A stretch of 37,655 nucleotides of DNA, taken from a virus (Duplodnaviria > Caudoviricetes). Where the stretch lies: positions 1-37,655 of IMG/VR virus record IMGVR_UViG_3300042299_000585. One strand, written 5' to 3'. The position numbers were made by a program, and so were the translations under genes. Shown piece by piece: positions 1 through 9,385 of the stretch. The number at the start of each line of letters is the position of its first letter. Positions within the stretch are counted from its first letter, which is position 1. The notes under the pieces are model-generated. The model was not told the origin of the DNA. It saw only the letters and a program-made list of their open reading frames with translations, and made no database searches.

Positions 1-127
1 GCTGCCGCCACCAGCCAGGGGCACCAGCTCATCACTCACGTTGGCGGCGGCAATGACGCTGGCAGTGTCAATCTCACCCGCACTGAAGTTGCCGCCCTCT
101 GCGCTGCGCAGGTAGTCATGCACGCAC
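1..127. repeat. Terminal direct repeat (left copy), circular-assembly overlap
   Basis: Bases 1-127 are identical to 37529-37655. The repeat lies in the middle of an ORF, and 127 is a common assembler k-mer size. Confidence 0.95.
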
Positions 128-1032
128 AGGGCCCAGTTGTTGCTGTAGACGGTGGTGCTGCTGCGCGGGTCGAAGACCTTCTTGCCGTAGACCTGAAACG
201 CGATGTTTGGCACACCCCCCTGGAACACGTTCTGGTCATAGCTCAGGCGAACGATGGCGTAGGCCACGCCGCGCAGCCGGTGGGCGCTGGTCCATTGGGT
301 GGGGAAGGCGGCCATGAGCTCGGCATCGGCCGTTTGGGTGGCGGTGCCGGTGTAGACGCGCACATTGGCCAGGCTGGTGCCCACAAAGCGCGTGCCGCTG
401 GCCCGAATGGGGGTACCGGCAAACAGCGGCGCGGTGAGCGTGACCACGTTGCCGGCCACGGTGTAGTGCGTGCCCAGGGTAAGCGCCACGGTGCGGGCGC
501 CATTCTCTGGCGCGGGGTCTTCCTGCCAGAGCTGCAGGTTGGTGGTGCTGGGCACGGTGAGCGTGCTGCCGGCGGTGTTGCCCATGGGCAAGTCCCAGGC
601 CTCTGTGCGGCCGCGGAAGTATTTGCCGGCCACCACGTTGCCGCCTGCGTCGAGCCCCAGGGGTTCCTCGTTAAACCAGACGGTGTCAAAGCCCTGGATC
701 TCATGGCCGGCCAGCGCAATGACCATGTAGAGGTTTTCAGCGGCCACGCCGGTGGTGCCCACAAACAGCACCGGCCCAGAGACCTTGGCCCGGCCGTAGA
801 TGACCTGCCGGTTGGCCACGGGGCTGCGGAACATCTGACTGCGGCCGGTCAGGCCGGCCAGGTACTGCGAACGCGCGCGGCGCTTGGCGTCACGCGCGTT
901 GCGCTGGCCGTAGTAGGCGCTGGCCGCAGCACCCAGAAACGGGTTGAACAACGCAGCGACGATGGTGTTGATTTGCTGCGCCAGCCGGCTGCGCGCCGTC
1001 AGCGGAAATAGGAATTCACGCGCCTGGCTCAT
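1..1032 (-). CDS. Central tail fibre / host-specificity protein (gpJ-like), N-terminal part; continues across the contig junction into 37528..34652
   Basis: ATG at 1032 overlaps the upstream stop (ATGA). Manual translation MSQAREFLFPLTARSRLAQQ...RQVIYGRAKVSGP...GVAYAIVRLSYDQNVFQGGVPNIAFQVYGKKVFDPR...NWALCVHDYL joins the 999-aa ORF in frame, giving about 1302 aa. It is missing from the ORF track because it runs off the contig end. Confidence 0.9.
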   Translation of the reverse strand, partial: MSQAREFLFPLTARSRLAQQINTIVAALFNPFLGAAASAYYGQRNARDAKRRARSQYLAGLTGRSQMFRSPVANRQVIYGRAKVSGPVLFVGTTGVAAENLYMVIALAGHEIQGFDTVWFNEEPLGLDAGGNVVAGKYFRGRTEAWDLPMGNTAGSTLTVPSTTNLQLWQEDPAPENGARTVALTLGTHYTVAGNVVTLTAPLFAGTPIRASGTRFVGTSLANVRVYTGTATQTADAELMAAFPTQWTSAHRLRGVAYAIVRLSYDQNVFQGGVPNIAFQVYGKKVFDPRSSTTVYSNNWALCVHDYLRSAEGGNFSAGEIDTASVIAAANVSDELVPLAGGGS

Positions 1033-1499
1033 GCGCCCACCCTCCACGCCTTGAGCGCCTGATCAATGGGCCAGAACTTGAGGCCGTCTTGCCCCGGGGC
1101 GCAGGCCTGGCTGCCCGTGCACACGTAGAGCGCGCAGTCGATCTGGCCGTCTTGCTGCGGCATGAGCAACAGGTCACCGCGCTGGGCCATGAGGGGCGGC
1201 ACTTCTTCCAGCCCGCGCGCGGCCGGAATGGCCGCCACCCCGCCCAGGCGCTTGAGCACGCGGGCGGCCTGCTGAGCGCTGGCATAGGTGCCGCGCAGGT
1301 CTGCGGCCAGGTCTTGCCCGGTGATGGCGAGCACAGCGTCTGCAGCAAAGAGGCAGCAGTCGTTGCTGCCCCAGGCAAAGGGCGTGGCCATGCGCTGCTC
1401 GACCAGGTCAAACAGCGCGGTGGGCCAGTGCTCCACGCGGCTGAGCCGTGGGCTGGCCGTGATGGCGGCGGGGGCCAGGGGGGCGGTGCGATCGGTCAT
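1029..1499 (-). CDS. NlpC/P60-like tail-tip assembly protein (DUF6950/gpK-like)
   Basis: FAWGSNDCCLFAADAV and AQRGDLLL motifs; lies between hub and central fibre; ATG at 1499 overlaps the upstream stop. Confidence 0.8.
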   Translation of the reverse strand: MTDRTAPLAPAAITASPRLSRVEHWPTALFDLVEQRMATPFAWGSNDCCLFAADAVLAITGQDLAADLRGTYASAQQAARVLKRLGGVAAIPAARGLEEVPPLMAQRGDLLLMPQQDGQIDCALYVCTGSQACAPGQDGLKFWPIDQALKAWRVGA

Positions 1500-2083
1500 T
1501 GTTTGGGGGTGTTCAGGCGGAACCACTCCGCGCTGGGCCATTCCACGGTCTTGTCAGCCATCTGCGCCACGTACTCACAGCCCCGGTCACCGGCAAAGCG
1601 GCGCTGCTGCTCTTCGTTGGTGTAGCGGGCAATGCGCGGGCGCTTGAATTCGGCCAGGCGGTTTTCTGCGGTGAGGGTGATGGTGGCGCTGCCCTCGCCG
1701 TCTTGAATGGTCATCTGGTCGATGCGGCCGGCCCATTCGAGGATGGGCGTGTCCACGGGCTGGTGGGTGGTGGCGTCCAGAAACAGCTGGTAGACCATGC
1801 ACGGCCGGCCCTGCACGGGCTCACTGAGCGCAATGGCCACCTGCGCGGCATCACAGCCGCTCAGCGTCAAGCGCAGGCCCGCGGGCTCCAGGGCGTCTGT
1901 GTCCGTGACGGATTCGATGCTGGCCAGCGCACCCAGCCCCACCCAGGTGTTGCCCGATACCGTGAGGCTGTACGGCGCCGTGGCAAAGCGCAGCGTGCTG
2001 GTGAGCTGCAGCTCGATGAGCGCGGTGCTGACCACCTGCGCGGCTTGCGCCGCGTTGATCTGCGGGGTGGTGAGGGTTTTCAC
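1496..2083 (-). CDS. Tail-tip hub protein (gpL-like)
   Basis: GTG at 2083 overlaps the Dit stop; WAGRIDQMTI..ITLTAENRL..RYTNEEQQRRFAGDRGCEYV is typical of siphophage hub/minor tail proteins. Confidence 0.75.
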   Translation of the reverse strand: MKTLTTPQINAAQAAQVVSTALIELQLTSTLRFATAPYSLTVSGNTWVGLGALASIESVTDTDALEPAGLRLTLSGCDAAQVAIALSEPVQGRPCMVYQLFLDATTHQPVDTPILEWAGRIDQMTIQDGEGSATITLTAENRLAEFKRPRIARYTNEEQQRRFAGDRGCEYVAQMADKTVEWPSAEWFRLNTPKQ

Positions 2084-2676
2084 AGCGGGGTTTCCACCGC
2101 AGACAGCGCAAACTGCGCAAAGCCCAGCGCGCCCAGAGCCAGCCCGGGCGTGCCCTGGGCAATGAAGGTGGCGGTAGGCCGGTTCCAAGTGATTGCCGCG
2201 CCCGGCGCCGGCGCTGCGCGGAACGGGGGCGACACCTCGACGGTGAGCGCGCCTGAGCCGTTGGCCGTGCCGCCCACGACCACCTGCTTGAGCTCGCCGC
2301 CCACGCCCACAAAGTCACCGGCCAGCAGGGTCGCGCCGGCCGTGGTGGTGATGTTGAGCACAATGTCACCACTGGGGGGCGATGCCGCCACCACCGGCGC
2401 ACCGCGCATGGTGCCCACGGGCACCGGGCGGTGCCACGGCCACACGGTGAAACGGTTGCTCGAGCCGCGCAGGCGCGCGAGGAAGGCCTCAAACTCATCC
2501 ATGCGCGTGCCGCGGCGCGGCGCCCACTGCGCATCGAACACCCAGCCGGCGCCGGGCATTTCGGCCGTTTGCACGGCACCACTGAGCGGGCTGACGCTTT
2601 GCAGCACCACGGGCTCCAGCCGCCAATTGAGCTGCACGGGGTTGGGCAGGTTGCTGGGGAAGCTGTAGGTGGGCAT
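2080..2676 (-). CDS. Distal tail protein (Dit-like)
   Basis: Immediately downstream of TMP; SPLSGAVQT...W and FLARLRG motifs. Confidence 0.7.
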   Translation of the reverse strand: MPTYSFPSNLPNPVQLNWRLEPVVLQSVSPLSGAVQTAEMPGAGWVFDAQWAPRRGTRMDEFEAFLARLRGSSNRFTVWPWHRPVPVGTMRGAPVVAASPPSGDIVLNITTTAGATLLAGDFVGVGGELKQVVVGGTANGSGALTVEVSPPFRAAPAPGAAITWNRPTATFIAQGTPGLALGALGFAQFALSAVETPL

Positions 2677-2679
2677 GGC

Positions 2680-4803
2680 TTACACCCCCGCCCGGGCCAT
2701 GCCGCCGCGGCGCATGGTGTCCATGATGCGGGCCTCTGCCTGCTGCACCGCCAGCCCCATGGCCTGCACGATGGTGCTCTGGTCTGTGCGGCTGTCAATG
2801 TTGAGGGTCTGGTTGATGACCACCGACATGCCGCCGCCCTGCCCCAGCATCTTGTTGGGGATGATGCGGCCATTGGTAGGCGGCACAAACAGTTCAGGGC
2901 CGCTCTCCCCCACGCGGTAGACGTTGTCTGGGCGCACGGTGCCGCCCAGGGCGCGGCTGCCGCCGCTGGGCGTGCCGCCCCCACCAAAGAAGCTGCTGCC
3001 GAAGTTGAGCAGCTGGCTCAGCCAGTCTGTGCCACCGCCCTTGTCTTTCATGGACTCTTTGATCTGCTTGATGATGGGCTCGATGATGAGCATGCGGGTG
3101 ACCACGCGCAGGATGTCCTGCTCGATGCCCTTGAGAATCCCGCTGAAGCCCTTGCCTTCGACGCTGGCGTTTTCAAACGCGCTTTCGAAGGTGGCGCCCA
3201 GGTCTGCCCAGATGGACTTGATCTCGTCGCTCTGGCCGGCAATGTCTTCCTGAATGCCGTAGATGGTGCGCACGGCCGTGGCGTACTTCTCAGCCGAGAT
3301 GGCGCCCTCTTCGTAAGCCGTCTTGACCAGACTGAGCTGGCGAGACTGCTCGCGCGCGAGCGCATCACCCGTGAGCCGGTCAATGGTGGCTTGGCGCTCT
3401 TCGGCGGTTTTGCGGGCGGCATCGCCTGCGGCCAGCACGGCCTTGGTGCTGGCGTCCAGGGCGTCCTGGAAGGCCTTTTCCGCATCGATTTCCTTGCCCC
3501 GCAGCTCGATCTGCTTGATCTGCGCCTGGGTGAGCGGCCCGTACAGGCCGGCCCGGATCTCACGGCGCAGCTGCTCCACGCGGCTCAGCTCTTCGGTCTT
3601 GATCAGTTCCTTGTCCAGACCCTCAAGCACTTTGGCGAATGCCTTGGCGCGGTCTTCGGCGGCTTTGCGAGCCTCCTCAGCAGCCCGGGCCGCCTCTGCA
3701 GCCGCACGCACAGGGTCTTTGCCGCCGGCCTTGTCACCGCTGGCATCCGCCTCTTTCTTGGCGTAGGCATCGAGCGCCGACTGGTTGGCACGGAGCAGCT
3801 TTTCTTGGGTAGCCAGCTGGCCGTTGAGGTTGGCCAAGGTCTGCGCGCGCCGCTGCGTTCCTGCAAAGTCTGCCGCATTGGCATTGGCCTGCACGGCTTC
3901 GAGCGCTTGGATCTGATTCTTGAGACGCGCGACATTCTCAGCCGCCGCCTTGGCCCGACCTTCCACGTCCTTGAAGGGCTCACCGGAGAAAGTGGTGGCT
4001 GCCAAGGCACCAGACGTGCTGCCAAACTCTTTGCGCAGGTTGATGTAGGCGCGCAGCGCCTCATTCATGCTGGGCAGCAACTCACCCACCAGCTGCCCGA
4101 ACGCGGCCGATGCCGTGACGCGCAGCACCGTGAGGTTGTCATTGAAATCTGCCGCCGCTTTCGCAGCATCGTCACCGATGACAGCACCCAGCTTCTGCGC
4201 ATCGCTGGTGAGCGTGCGGATGCCCGCGCTGCCCTTGTTAAGCACCGGGATGAGCGAGGCGCCGCTTTTGCCAAAGATGTCCTGCGCCAGGGCGGACTTG
4301 CCTGCGCCGTCGCGGTACTGGCTGAAGGCGTCGGCCACGTCGAGCAGCACCTCATCCACACCGCGCAGGCTGCCGTCTGCGTTGGTGGCAGACACGCCCA
4401 AGTCCTTGAACAGGGCAATGGCCTCTTTCTGGCCTTGGCCGGCGGCAGCGATCTGGTTGCCCAGCTTGCGCAGGCCGCCCTGCAGGTCTTCAAAGCTGGT
4501 GCCCGCCACTTCACTGGCAAAGCGCAGCTCGCTCAGGCGGCTGGCACTGACGCCGGTTTTCTCGGCCAGGTCATCGAGGCTGTCCCCCAGATCGATGGCG
4601 GCGCGGGCGCTGGTGACCAGAGTGCTCAATCCCGCCAGGGCCGTGACCACACCGGCCACGGCACCCACGGCACCGGCGGCCCCAGCGCGCAGGCCCTGGA
4701 ACTTCTTTTCCATGCCCTCGACGGCGCCGCCAATGCCGCGCAGCACGCGGCTGGCATCGTCTTTGGCGGTGACGCGGATCTCAGGGTTGTTGGCGTTTGA
4801 CAT
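2680..4803 (-). CDS. Tail tape measure protein
   Basis: 707 aa, Ala-rich and helical; N-terminal IRVTAKDDAS; C-terminal RALGG..YRVGESGPELFVP..GRIIPN motif; follows the chaperone genes. Confidence 0.93.
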   Translation of the reverse strand: MSNANNPEIRVTAKDDASRVLRGIGGAVEGMEKKFQGLRAGAAGAVGAVAGVVTALAGLSTLVTSARAAIDLGDSLDDLAEKTGVSASRLSELRFASEVAGTSFEDLQGGLRKLGNQIAAAGQGQKEAIALFKDLGVSATNADGSLRGVDEVLLDVADAFSQYRDGAGKSALAQDIFGKSGASLIPVLNKGSAGIRTLTSDAQKLGAVIGDDAAKAAADFNDNLTVLRVTASAAFGQLVGELLPSMNEALRAYINLRKEFGSTSGALAATTFSGEPFKDVEGRAKAAAENVARLKNQIQALEAVQANANAADFAGTQRRAQTLANLNGQLATQEKLLRANQSALDAYAKKEADASGDKAGGKDPVRAAAEAARAAEEARKAAEDRAKAFAKVLEGLDKELIKTEELSRVEQLRREIRAGLYGPLTQAQIKQIELRGKEIDAEKAFQDALDASTKAVLAAGDAARKTAEERQATIDRLTGDALAREQSRQLSLVKTAYEEGAISAEKYATAVRTIYGIQEDIAGQSDEIKSIWADLGATFESAFENASVEGKGFSGILKGIEQDILRVVTRMLIIEPIIKQIKESMKDKGGGTDWLSQLLNFGSSFFGGGGTPSGGSRALGGTVRPDNVYRVGESGPELFVPPTNGRIIPNKMLGQGGGMSVVINQTLNIDSRTDQSTIVQAMGLAVQQAEARIMDTMRRGGMARAGV

Positions 4804-5047
4804 GGCTGGCTATTTCCTGCGCAACGTGCTGCAGCAGCTCTGGCAAGAGGTCTGCATCGGCCATGGGGTAGACGGCCAGGTAACTGGCGAGCAGCTCAGG
4901 CCGCCAGCCCTGGCAGTAGTGCCAGGCGTGCATGACCTGCTGCCCCAGGGCTGAAAGCTCGACCTCATCCAGCTGCGCACCGAACACCTCGAACACTTCG
5001 GACTGCGCACCGGCCCGGGAGAACTCCCAGGCGATGCGCTCAGTCAG
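4781..5047 (-). CDS. Tail assembly chaperone, gpT-like part reached by -1 frameshift
   Basis: The -1 frame is open from the slippery site (LTERIAWEFSRAGAQSEVFEVFGAQLDE...) to the stop at 4781. Confidence 0.8.
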   Translation of the reverse strand: MTERIAWEFSRAGAQSEVFEVFGAQLDEVELSALGQQVMHAWHYCQGWRPELLASYLAVYPMADADLLPELLQHVAQEIASHVKRQQP

Positions 5048-5424
5048 TTTTTTTCAGCGGCCTTCTGGCGTGCACTGCGCTGGGCAATGCAGTCATCAAA
5101 GGCCTGCTGCACCTGCTCAGCCAGCTGCGGGCGCTCTTCAAACAGCACGGGCACCAGCTCGGCCGCAAAGGGCACCGGGTCTGTGCCGTCTGCGCCAAAG
5201 TCAGACACCCGCACGTTGGCCCAGCCCTGCACCGCGTCCAGCAGCAACTTGCGGCCGGTGTGCAGGGTGGCGCTGCCTTCGCCCAGACCAGACTCCCGCG
5301 CCCGCATCCAGGCGAGCTGGATCTCGAACCGCGACGGCAGCCGCACGGTGAAGCTGTAGCCGGCCACGTCGAGCGTGGCGCGGCGTGCAGCTTCCACATG
5401 GGCCTTGAGCGCTTGTGCGTCCAT
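5044..5424 (-). CDS. Tail assembly chaperone gpG-like
   Basis: 126 aa between tail tube and TMP; ends GAA AAA AAC TGA (EKN*). Confidence 0.85.
   Translation of the reverse strand: MDAQALKAHVEAARRATLDVAGYSFTVRLPSRFEIQLAWMRARESGLGEGSATLHTGRKLLLDAVQGWANVRVSDFGADGTDPVPFAAELVPVLFEERPQLAEQVQQAFDDCIAQRSARQKAAEKN
5047..5054 (-). other. Programmed -1 ribosomal frameshift site A AAA AAC
   Basis: XXXYYYZ heptamer in the correct phase just before the G stop codon; canonical siphophage G/GT position. Confidence 0.8.
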
Positions 5425-5437
5425 GGGGGCTCAGGCC

Positions 5438-6088
5438 TCAGGTGGCGTAGCGGGTGGGCTGGGCCGCGAAGGTCAGCGTGACGCTGTTGCGCAGCGTGCT
5501 GTCTTCGATGGTGGGCACATCGCCCAGGCTCCAGTACGCATTGCCCACCAGGCGCGAGCCGTTGGGGTAGATCATGCGCACGGCGGTGGCCACGGCCGAG
5601 TCACTGGCGGCGCGCACGGTGGGCGTCCAGGACAGCGAGGGATCGTCATAGACCGGCAGCTCGACCACGATGGGGCTGCGCGTGGTGGGGATCTGCTGCT
5701 GCGTGCGGTCGGTGATCTCGGTCACATCGGCAAACTGCTGCTCGCCACCGCTGACGCTCAGGCCCGAGGTGATCTGGCTCAGGTTGGTCCAGGCGGTGAT
5801 GCGGCGAATGCTGCCCACACCCTGGCCGGCCGGGTAGTTGGTGGTGCTGGTGGTGTTGATGCCTTCGAGCGTGACATCGTTGGTGGCCACGGCACTCACG
5901 CGGGCGATGCGCCCGTTGATGAGGCCCCAGCCGCTGGTGATTTCAACGAAGTCGCCCACCGCCACGCCATGGCCAGCGGCCAGCGTGGCCACGGCGTTGG
6001 CCGCGTTGGTCAGGGCGGTCATGCTGGATGCGGTGCCGTAGGTGGACGCAATGGCGACCACCGTGCCGACAGCTAGGATTTTGGCCAT
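5438..6088 (-). CDS. Major tail tube protein (with inserted beta domain)
   Basis: AWTNLSQI..SVSGGEQQFADVT..QQQIPTTRSP motif of Phage_tail_3-type tube proteins; gene position. Confidence 0.88.
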   Translation of the reverse strand: MAKILAVGTVVAIASTYGTASSMTALTNAANAVATLAAGHGVAVGDFVEITSGWGLINGRIARVSAVATNDVTLEGINTTSTTNYPAGQGVGSIRRITAWTNLSQITSGLSVSGGEQQFADVTEITDRTQQQIPTTRSPIVVELPVYDDPSLSWTPTVRAASDSAVATAVRMIYPNGSRLVGNAYWSLGDVPTIEDSTLRNSVTLTFAAQPTRYAT

Positions 6089-6110
6089 GATGCTGCTCTT
6101 TCTCTAAGGG

Positions 6111-6557
6111 TCAGGTGTGAAGGGTGGCGGGGTTGCTGGCCTGCGTGTAGTAGGTCAGCTGGTACTCAAGGGTGGCTTCGGCCATGGGGCGCTCGGCTTC
6201 GGCGTCCAGTTCAATGGCGGTGGTGAAGCCGGGCTGCTCGCGGTACTCGGCGGGCAGCAGGGCCATGCGGGCCTCGATGTCCGCGCACAAGTCATCAATC
6301 GCGGTGCCCACGTCGCTGTCCGCTTGGGCATACGCGCGGATGACCACCGTGAGCTGGCGGCGCACCAAGCCGCTGGCGTCCAGCCCCAGGGTCTGCAGCT
6401 CGGCATCGTCATCGGTGGTGCGCACGTCGATGGCCGGCAGCGCGTCCGCCTGCGGGCGGGTCATGCGAGTGTTGGTGACGTTTTCCGCCAAAGCGGCGGT
6501 GCCGGTCTTGAGCTGGGCTACCACCAGGGCGCGGATGGCGCTGCGGGCGTGCGGCAT
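6111..6557 (-). CDS. Tail terminator / completion protein (gpU-like)
   Basis: MPHARSAIR start, LPAIDV motif and C-terminal YQLTYYT; directly precedes the tube gene. Confidence 0.75.
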   Translation of the reverse strand: MPHARSAIRALVVAQLKTGTAALAENVTNTRMTRPQADALPAIDVRTTDDDAELQTLGLDASGLVRRQLTVVIRAYAQADSDVGTAIDDLCADIEARMALLPAEYREQPGFTTAIELDAEAERPMAEATLEYQLTYYTQASNPATLHT

Positions 6558-6560
6558 GGC

Positions 6561-6860
6561 TTACGCTCCCTGTCGCTGCAGGAGCAGCCGCACGGTGCCG
6601 TCACCATCGGGCTGGACACCGGACACGCGATAGGTGGTGGCGTCCACACCGAGGGTGTCGCGGTCACGCACGCCCTGCACGTCACTGGCCACGCAGATGG
6701 CGTTGGGGCGCACGCTGTCCACACCCAGGGCCTGCCCCACCAGGCCATAGCCCGCGTCGAACACGGCCAGCACCTCGCGCGCCTGGCCGCCCTGGGGGGT
6801 GTAGACCACCGGGCGGCCCAAGCGGGCAATGATGCGTGCCGTGTGCGACGTGAAGTCCAT
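6561..6860 (-). CDS. Head-tail joining protein (gpFII-like)
   Basis: 99-aa beta-rich protein, YRVSGVQPDGDGTVRLLL; position after DUF2190. Confidence 0.75.
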   Translation of the reverse strand: MDFTSHTARIIARLGRPVVYTPQGGQAREVLAVFDAGYGLVGQALGVDSVRPNAICVASDVQGVRDRDTLGVDATTYRVSGVQPDGDGTVRLLLQRQGA

Positions 6861-6880
6861 GGCGCCGGGGCTTCAGCCGA

Positions 6881-7216
6881 TTACGGGCGGATGGTGCCGT
6901 CCACGAACACCACGGCCGTGGTGGGGCCGGAACCCTTGGCCACGGTGGCGCAGCCCACCAGCAGGTTGCTGGTGAGCGTGGTGGTGATGCGGCGGTTGGT
7001 GTTGTCCCAGTACAGGGCCTGGCCCACCGTGGCGGTGTCCGTGCCCAGCGCCGTGAGCTCGAAGACGCCTTTGGTGCTGATTTCGACTTCGGCGCCGTTG
7101 GCTGCGTCGCTGGCAGCCACACCGAACAGGCGGCCCACTTGAACGCCCTGGCCAGCGGTGACGGCGTAGGGCGCGGTAACGCGGATGATTTCGCCGGTGG
7201 AGATTCCGTTGCGCAT
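6881..7216 (-). CDS. DUF2190-family capsid-associated (cement/decoration) protein
   Basis: MRN..STGEII.VTAP..V..GQGVQVG.LFGVA..GVFEL..GQALYWD pattern; directly follows the capsid gene. Confidence 0.88.
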   Translation of the reverse strand: MRNGISTGEIIRVTAPYAVTAGQGVQVGRLFGVAASDAANGAEVEISTKGVFELTALGTDTATVGQALYWDNTNRRITTTLTSNLLVGCATVAKGSGPTTAVVFVDGTIRP

Positions 7217-7271
7217 GGTGCTTGCTCCTGAAATGCGTGGTGTTGCGTGGGGTGTGCAGGGGTTGCAGATG

Positions 7272-7291
7272 GGGGCCGGTTGCCCGGCCCC
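7272..7291 (-). other. GC hairpin with GNRA loop after the capsid gene (no U tract)
   Basis: GGGGCCGG-GCAA-CCGGCCCC on the minus strand just after the capsid stop; possible mRNA-stabilising element. Confidence 0.45.
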
Positions 7292-7301
7292 CGCTCAGGC
7301 A

Positions 7302-9317
7302 TCAGGCGCCGGCTGCGCGGTGCAGGCCGCGGTAGTCGATGGCCTTGGCACCGAAGTCCAGGCGGCACTTGAGGCTCAGGCCGTCGATCTCGAAGCCCAT
7401 CTCGGACTCGATGACCGGGCCCTGCGCACCGTCGAGGTAGCAGTACTCGACGGTGTCCACCTGGTTGCTGTTGGCGGCCAGGTACCACTGCGTCTGGCTG
7501 GCTGCGTCCAGCAGCGGCTCGACCACCGGGGTGAGCGCGGTGCGGCCGCCTTCGCGGAACTCGTTCACGCCGGAAGACTGCGCCGGTACAAACTGGCTGC
7601 TGGTGAACTGGTAGGCCGTGTGCTCAAGCGCGGCAGGCACGATGAGGTACGACGGCGTGATGTTGAGCGGCTCGTTGTTGAGCCCCTGCATGCGACGCAT
7701 TTGGGCGCGGCCGGCGTTCAGGCCGGCCAGCGCCAGCGCTGAGCCGCCGCCGGTCTGAACGTTGCTCTGGGTGCGGTTGCCTGCCACCGCGCTGAACAGG
7801 GCCTGACCGTCTGCTAGGTTGGCGTTGGCGGTGAGGATGCCGTAGACCACGGCGTTTTCGTAGCGCACGGCGGCGGCGCCGAAGGCGGTGACCAGACGGT
7901 CGAACGCGCGCAGGTCATCGTTGATGAGGGCCTGGCGGGTGACCGTGACGATGCGGCCGGCGGTGAGCAGCGAATACGTTTCGCCAGCCTCGCGCACGGT
8001 GCCCATCTGGAATTCGCCATGCTCGTTGACGCGCTGCAGGTCCGGCGCACCGGAGAGCTGGGCCACGGTGATGGTCTTGAAGTCGCGCGCGTCGGGGGCA
8101 CGGCGGGCCCAGATGGCGTAGGTGCCGGGGTTCTCTTCGTAGGCAGCGCGCAGGCGCTTGTTGGCGACGTTGCCCAGGATGATGGGGAAGTCGCTCGTGG
8201 TGTGTAAGGCGGTACGCGCCAGATCCATGGGGGCCATGCCGCGCGTCTTGACGCCACGGGCCTCAGCCAGCTCACGGGCGATTTCGAGCATGGACATGCC
8301 GCGGTACTGGCGGCCGTTGTCGGTGAGCTTGACCTTGGGGTCCAGGCGGGTGAGGATGGCCTCTTCCACGCCGGCGCGGCGGGTTTCGGTTTCGTCGCGC
8401 ACGGTGTCGATGTGCACGTTGCGGTTGCCACCCGTGGACTGATCCTTGCGGAAGGCTTCGTCCAGGATGAGCTCGCGCACCTTGTCCAGGCTCAGGCCCT
8501 GAGCGATGTACTCGCCAGCCTTGGCGGGCACGTTGGCGCGCGTGCAGAGGTTGATGATGTCCGCAGCGCGCTGGCGCTCGATCTTTTCAGCCTCTGCGCG
8601 GGCGGCTTGTGCGGCGGTGTCTTCGGGCGAAGGCGTGCCGCCCTTGGGGTCTTGCTTTTCCATGCTGGATTTCTCCACGGGTTGATGGGCGGGCGCCCGG
8701 ACGATCTCGACCTGCTCGGACGGCAGGCCGGGAGGGGTTGAGTGCGCAGACCGGCTGACGGCATCGGCGTCGGCCGGGATGGGCACGAAAGAAAGCTCAG
8801 AGGGGCGCCAGCTGACGGCGCGGTACAGGGGCACGGGCACCCCATCGGTGCGCTGCTGCGCGGGCGTGACTTCCCAGCGCAGCACGCTGTAGCCCACGCT
8901 GATGTTGCGGATGACGCCGGCCTTGATGTCGGCCACCACGCCATCCAGCTCAGGCCGCTCACTCAGGCGCAGCTGGGCGTAGCCTTGGCCGTCTTGCAGC
9001 CAAGCGCGTACCACCACGCCAATGACGTTGGACAAGCCGCCGGAGCGGTGCGTATCCAGCACAGGGGCAGCACCGTTGCCCAGGCGGGCCAGGTCCACGG
9101 CCTCAGGCGTGACCACGAGCTCTTCGTCGTAGTAGGTGCCCTCGTACCAGTCATAGCGGCGCACCATGCCGCCGGTGGTCCAGACCACCTTGATGGTGCG
9201 GTCGGCCTCGTTCCAGGTTTCGGGCTGCAGGCGGGTCTGCAGATCGAGGCCCTCACCGGCACGCTGCAGGTGCTGCTGCGGGCGCTGGGGGCTGGGTCGT
9301 TGGGTGGCGGTGCTCAT
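7302..9317 (-). CDS. Prohead protease / major capsid protein fusion
   Basis: N-terminal protease motifs (PVLDTH, IRNISVGY, ELSFVPIPAD), then a linker, then capsid (HTTSDFPIILGNVANK, RQALINDDL, RLDFGAKAIDYRGL). Confidence 0.95.
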   Translation of the reverse strand: MSTATQRPSPQRPQQHLQRAGEGLDLQTRLQPETWNEADRTIKVVWTTGGMVRRYDWYEGTYYDEELVVTPEAVDLARLGNGAAPVLDTHRSGGLSNVIGVVVRAWLQDGQGYAQLRLSERPELDGVVADIKAGVIRNISVGYSVLRWEVTPAQQRTDGVPVPLYRAVSWRPSELSFVPIPADADAVSRSAHSTPPGLPSEQVEIVRAPAHQPVEKSSMEKQDPKGGTPSPEDTAAQAARAEAEKIERQRAADIINLCTRANVPAKAGEYIAQGLSLDKVRELILDEAFRKDQSTGGNRNVHIDTVRDETETRRAGVEEAILTRLDPKVKLTDNGRQYRGMSMLEIARELAEARGVKTRGMAPMDLARTALHTTSDFPIILGNVANKRLRAAYEENPGTYAIWARRAPDARDFKTITVAQLSGAPDLQRVNEHGEFQMGTVREAGETYSLLTAGRIVTVTRQALINDDLRAFDRLVTAFGAAAVRYENAVVYGILTANANLADGQALFSAVAGNRTQSNVQTGGGSALALAGLNAGRAQMRRMQGLNNEPLNITPSYLIVPAALEHTAYQFTSSQFVPAQSSGVNEFREGGRTALTPVVEPLLDAASQTQWYLAANSNQVDTVEYCYLDGAQGPVIESEMGFEIDGLSLKCRLDFGAKAIDYRGLHRAAGA

Positions 9318-9373
9318 ACTGCGCAGTGTGCGCAGTGGGCTGTCTCAAATTCAGAGGAAGTGAGACGATTTTT
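9318..9373 (-). promoter_or_regulatory. Putative activator-dependent late promoter, copy 1 (capsid)
   Basis: 33-bp element 9341-9373 with a GTCTCA-N14-TGAGAC dyad, a CACACT -10-like hexamer, then 7 nt to the ATG. Near-identical copy at 13695-13727. Confidence 0.75.
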
Positions 9374-9385
9374 TTGGTGTGGCGC

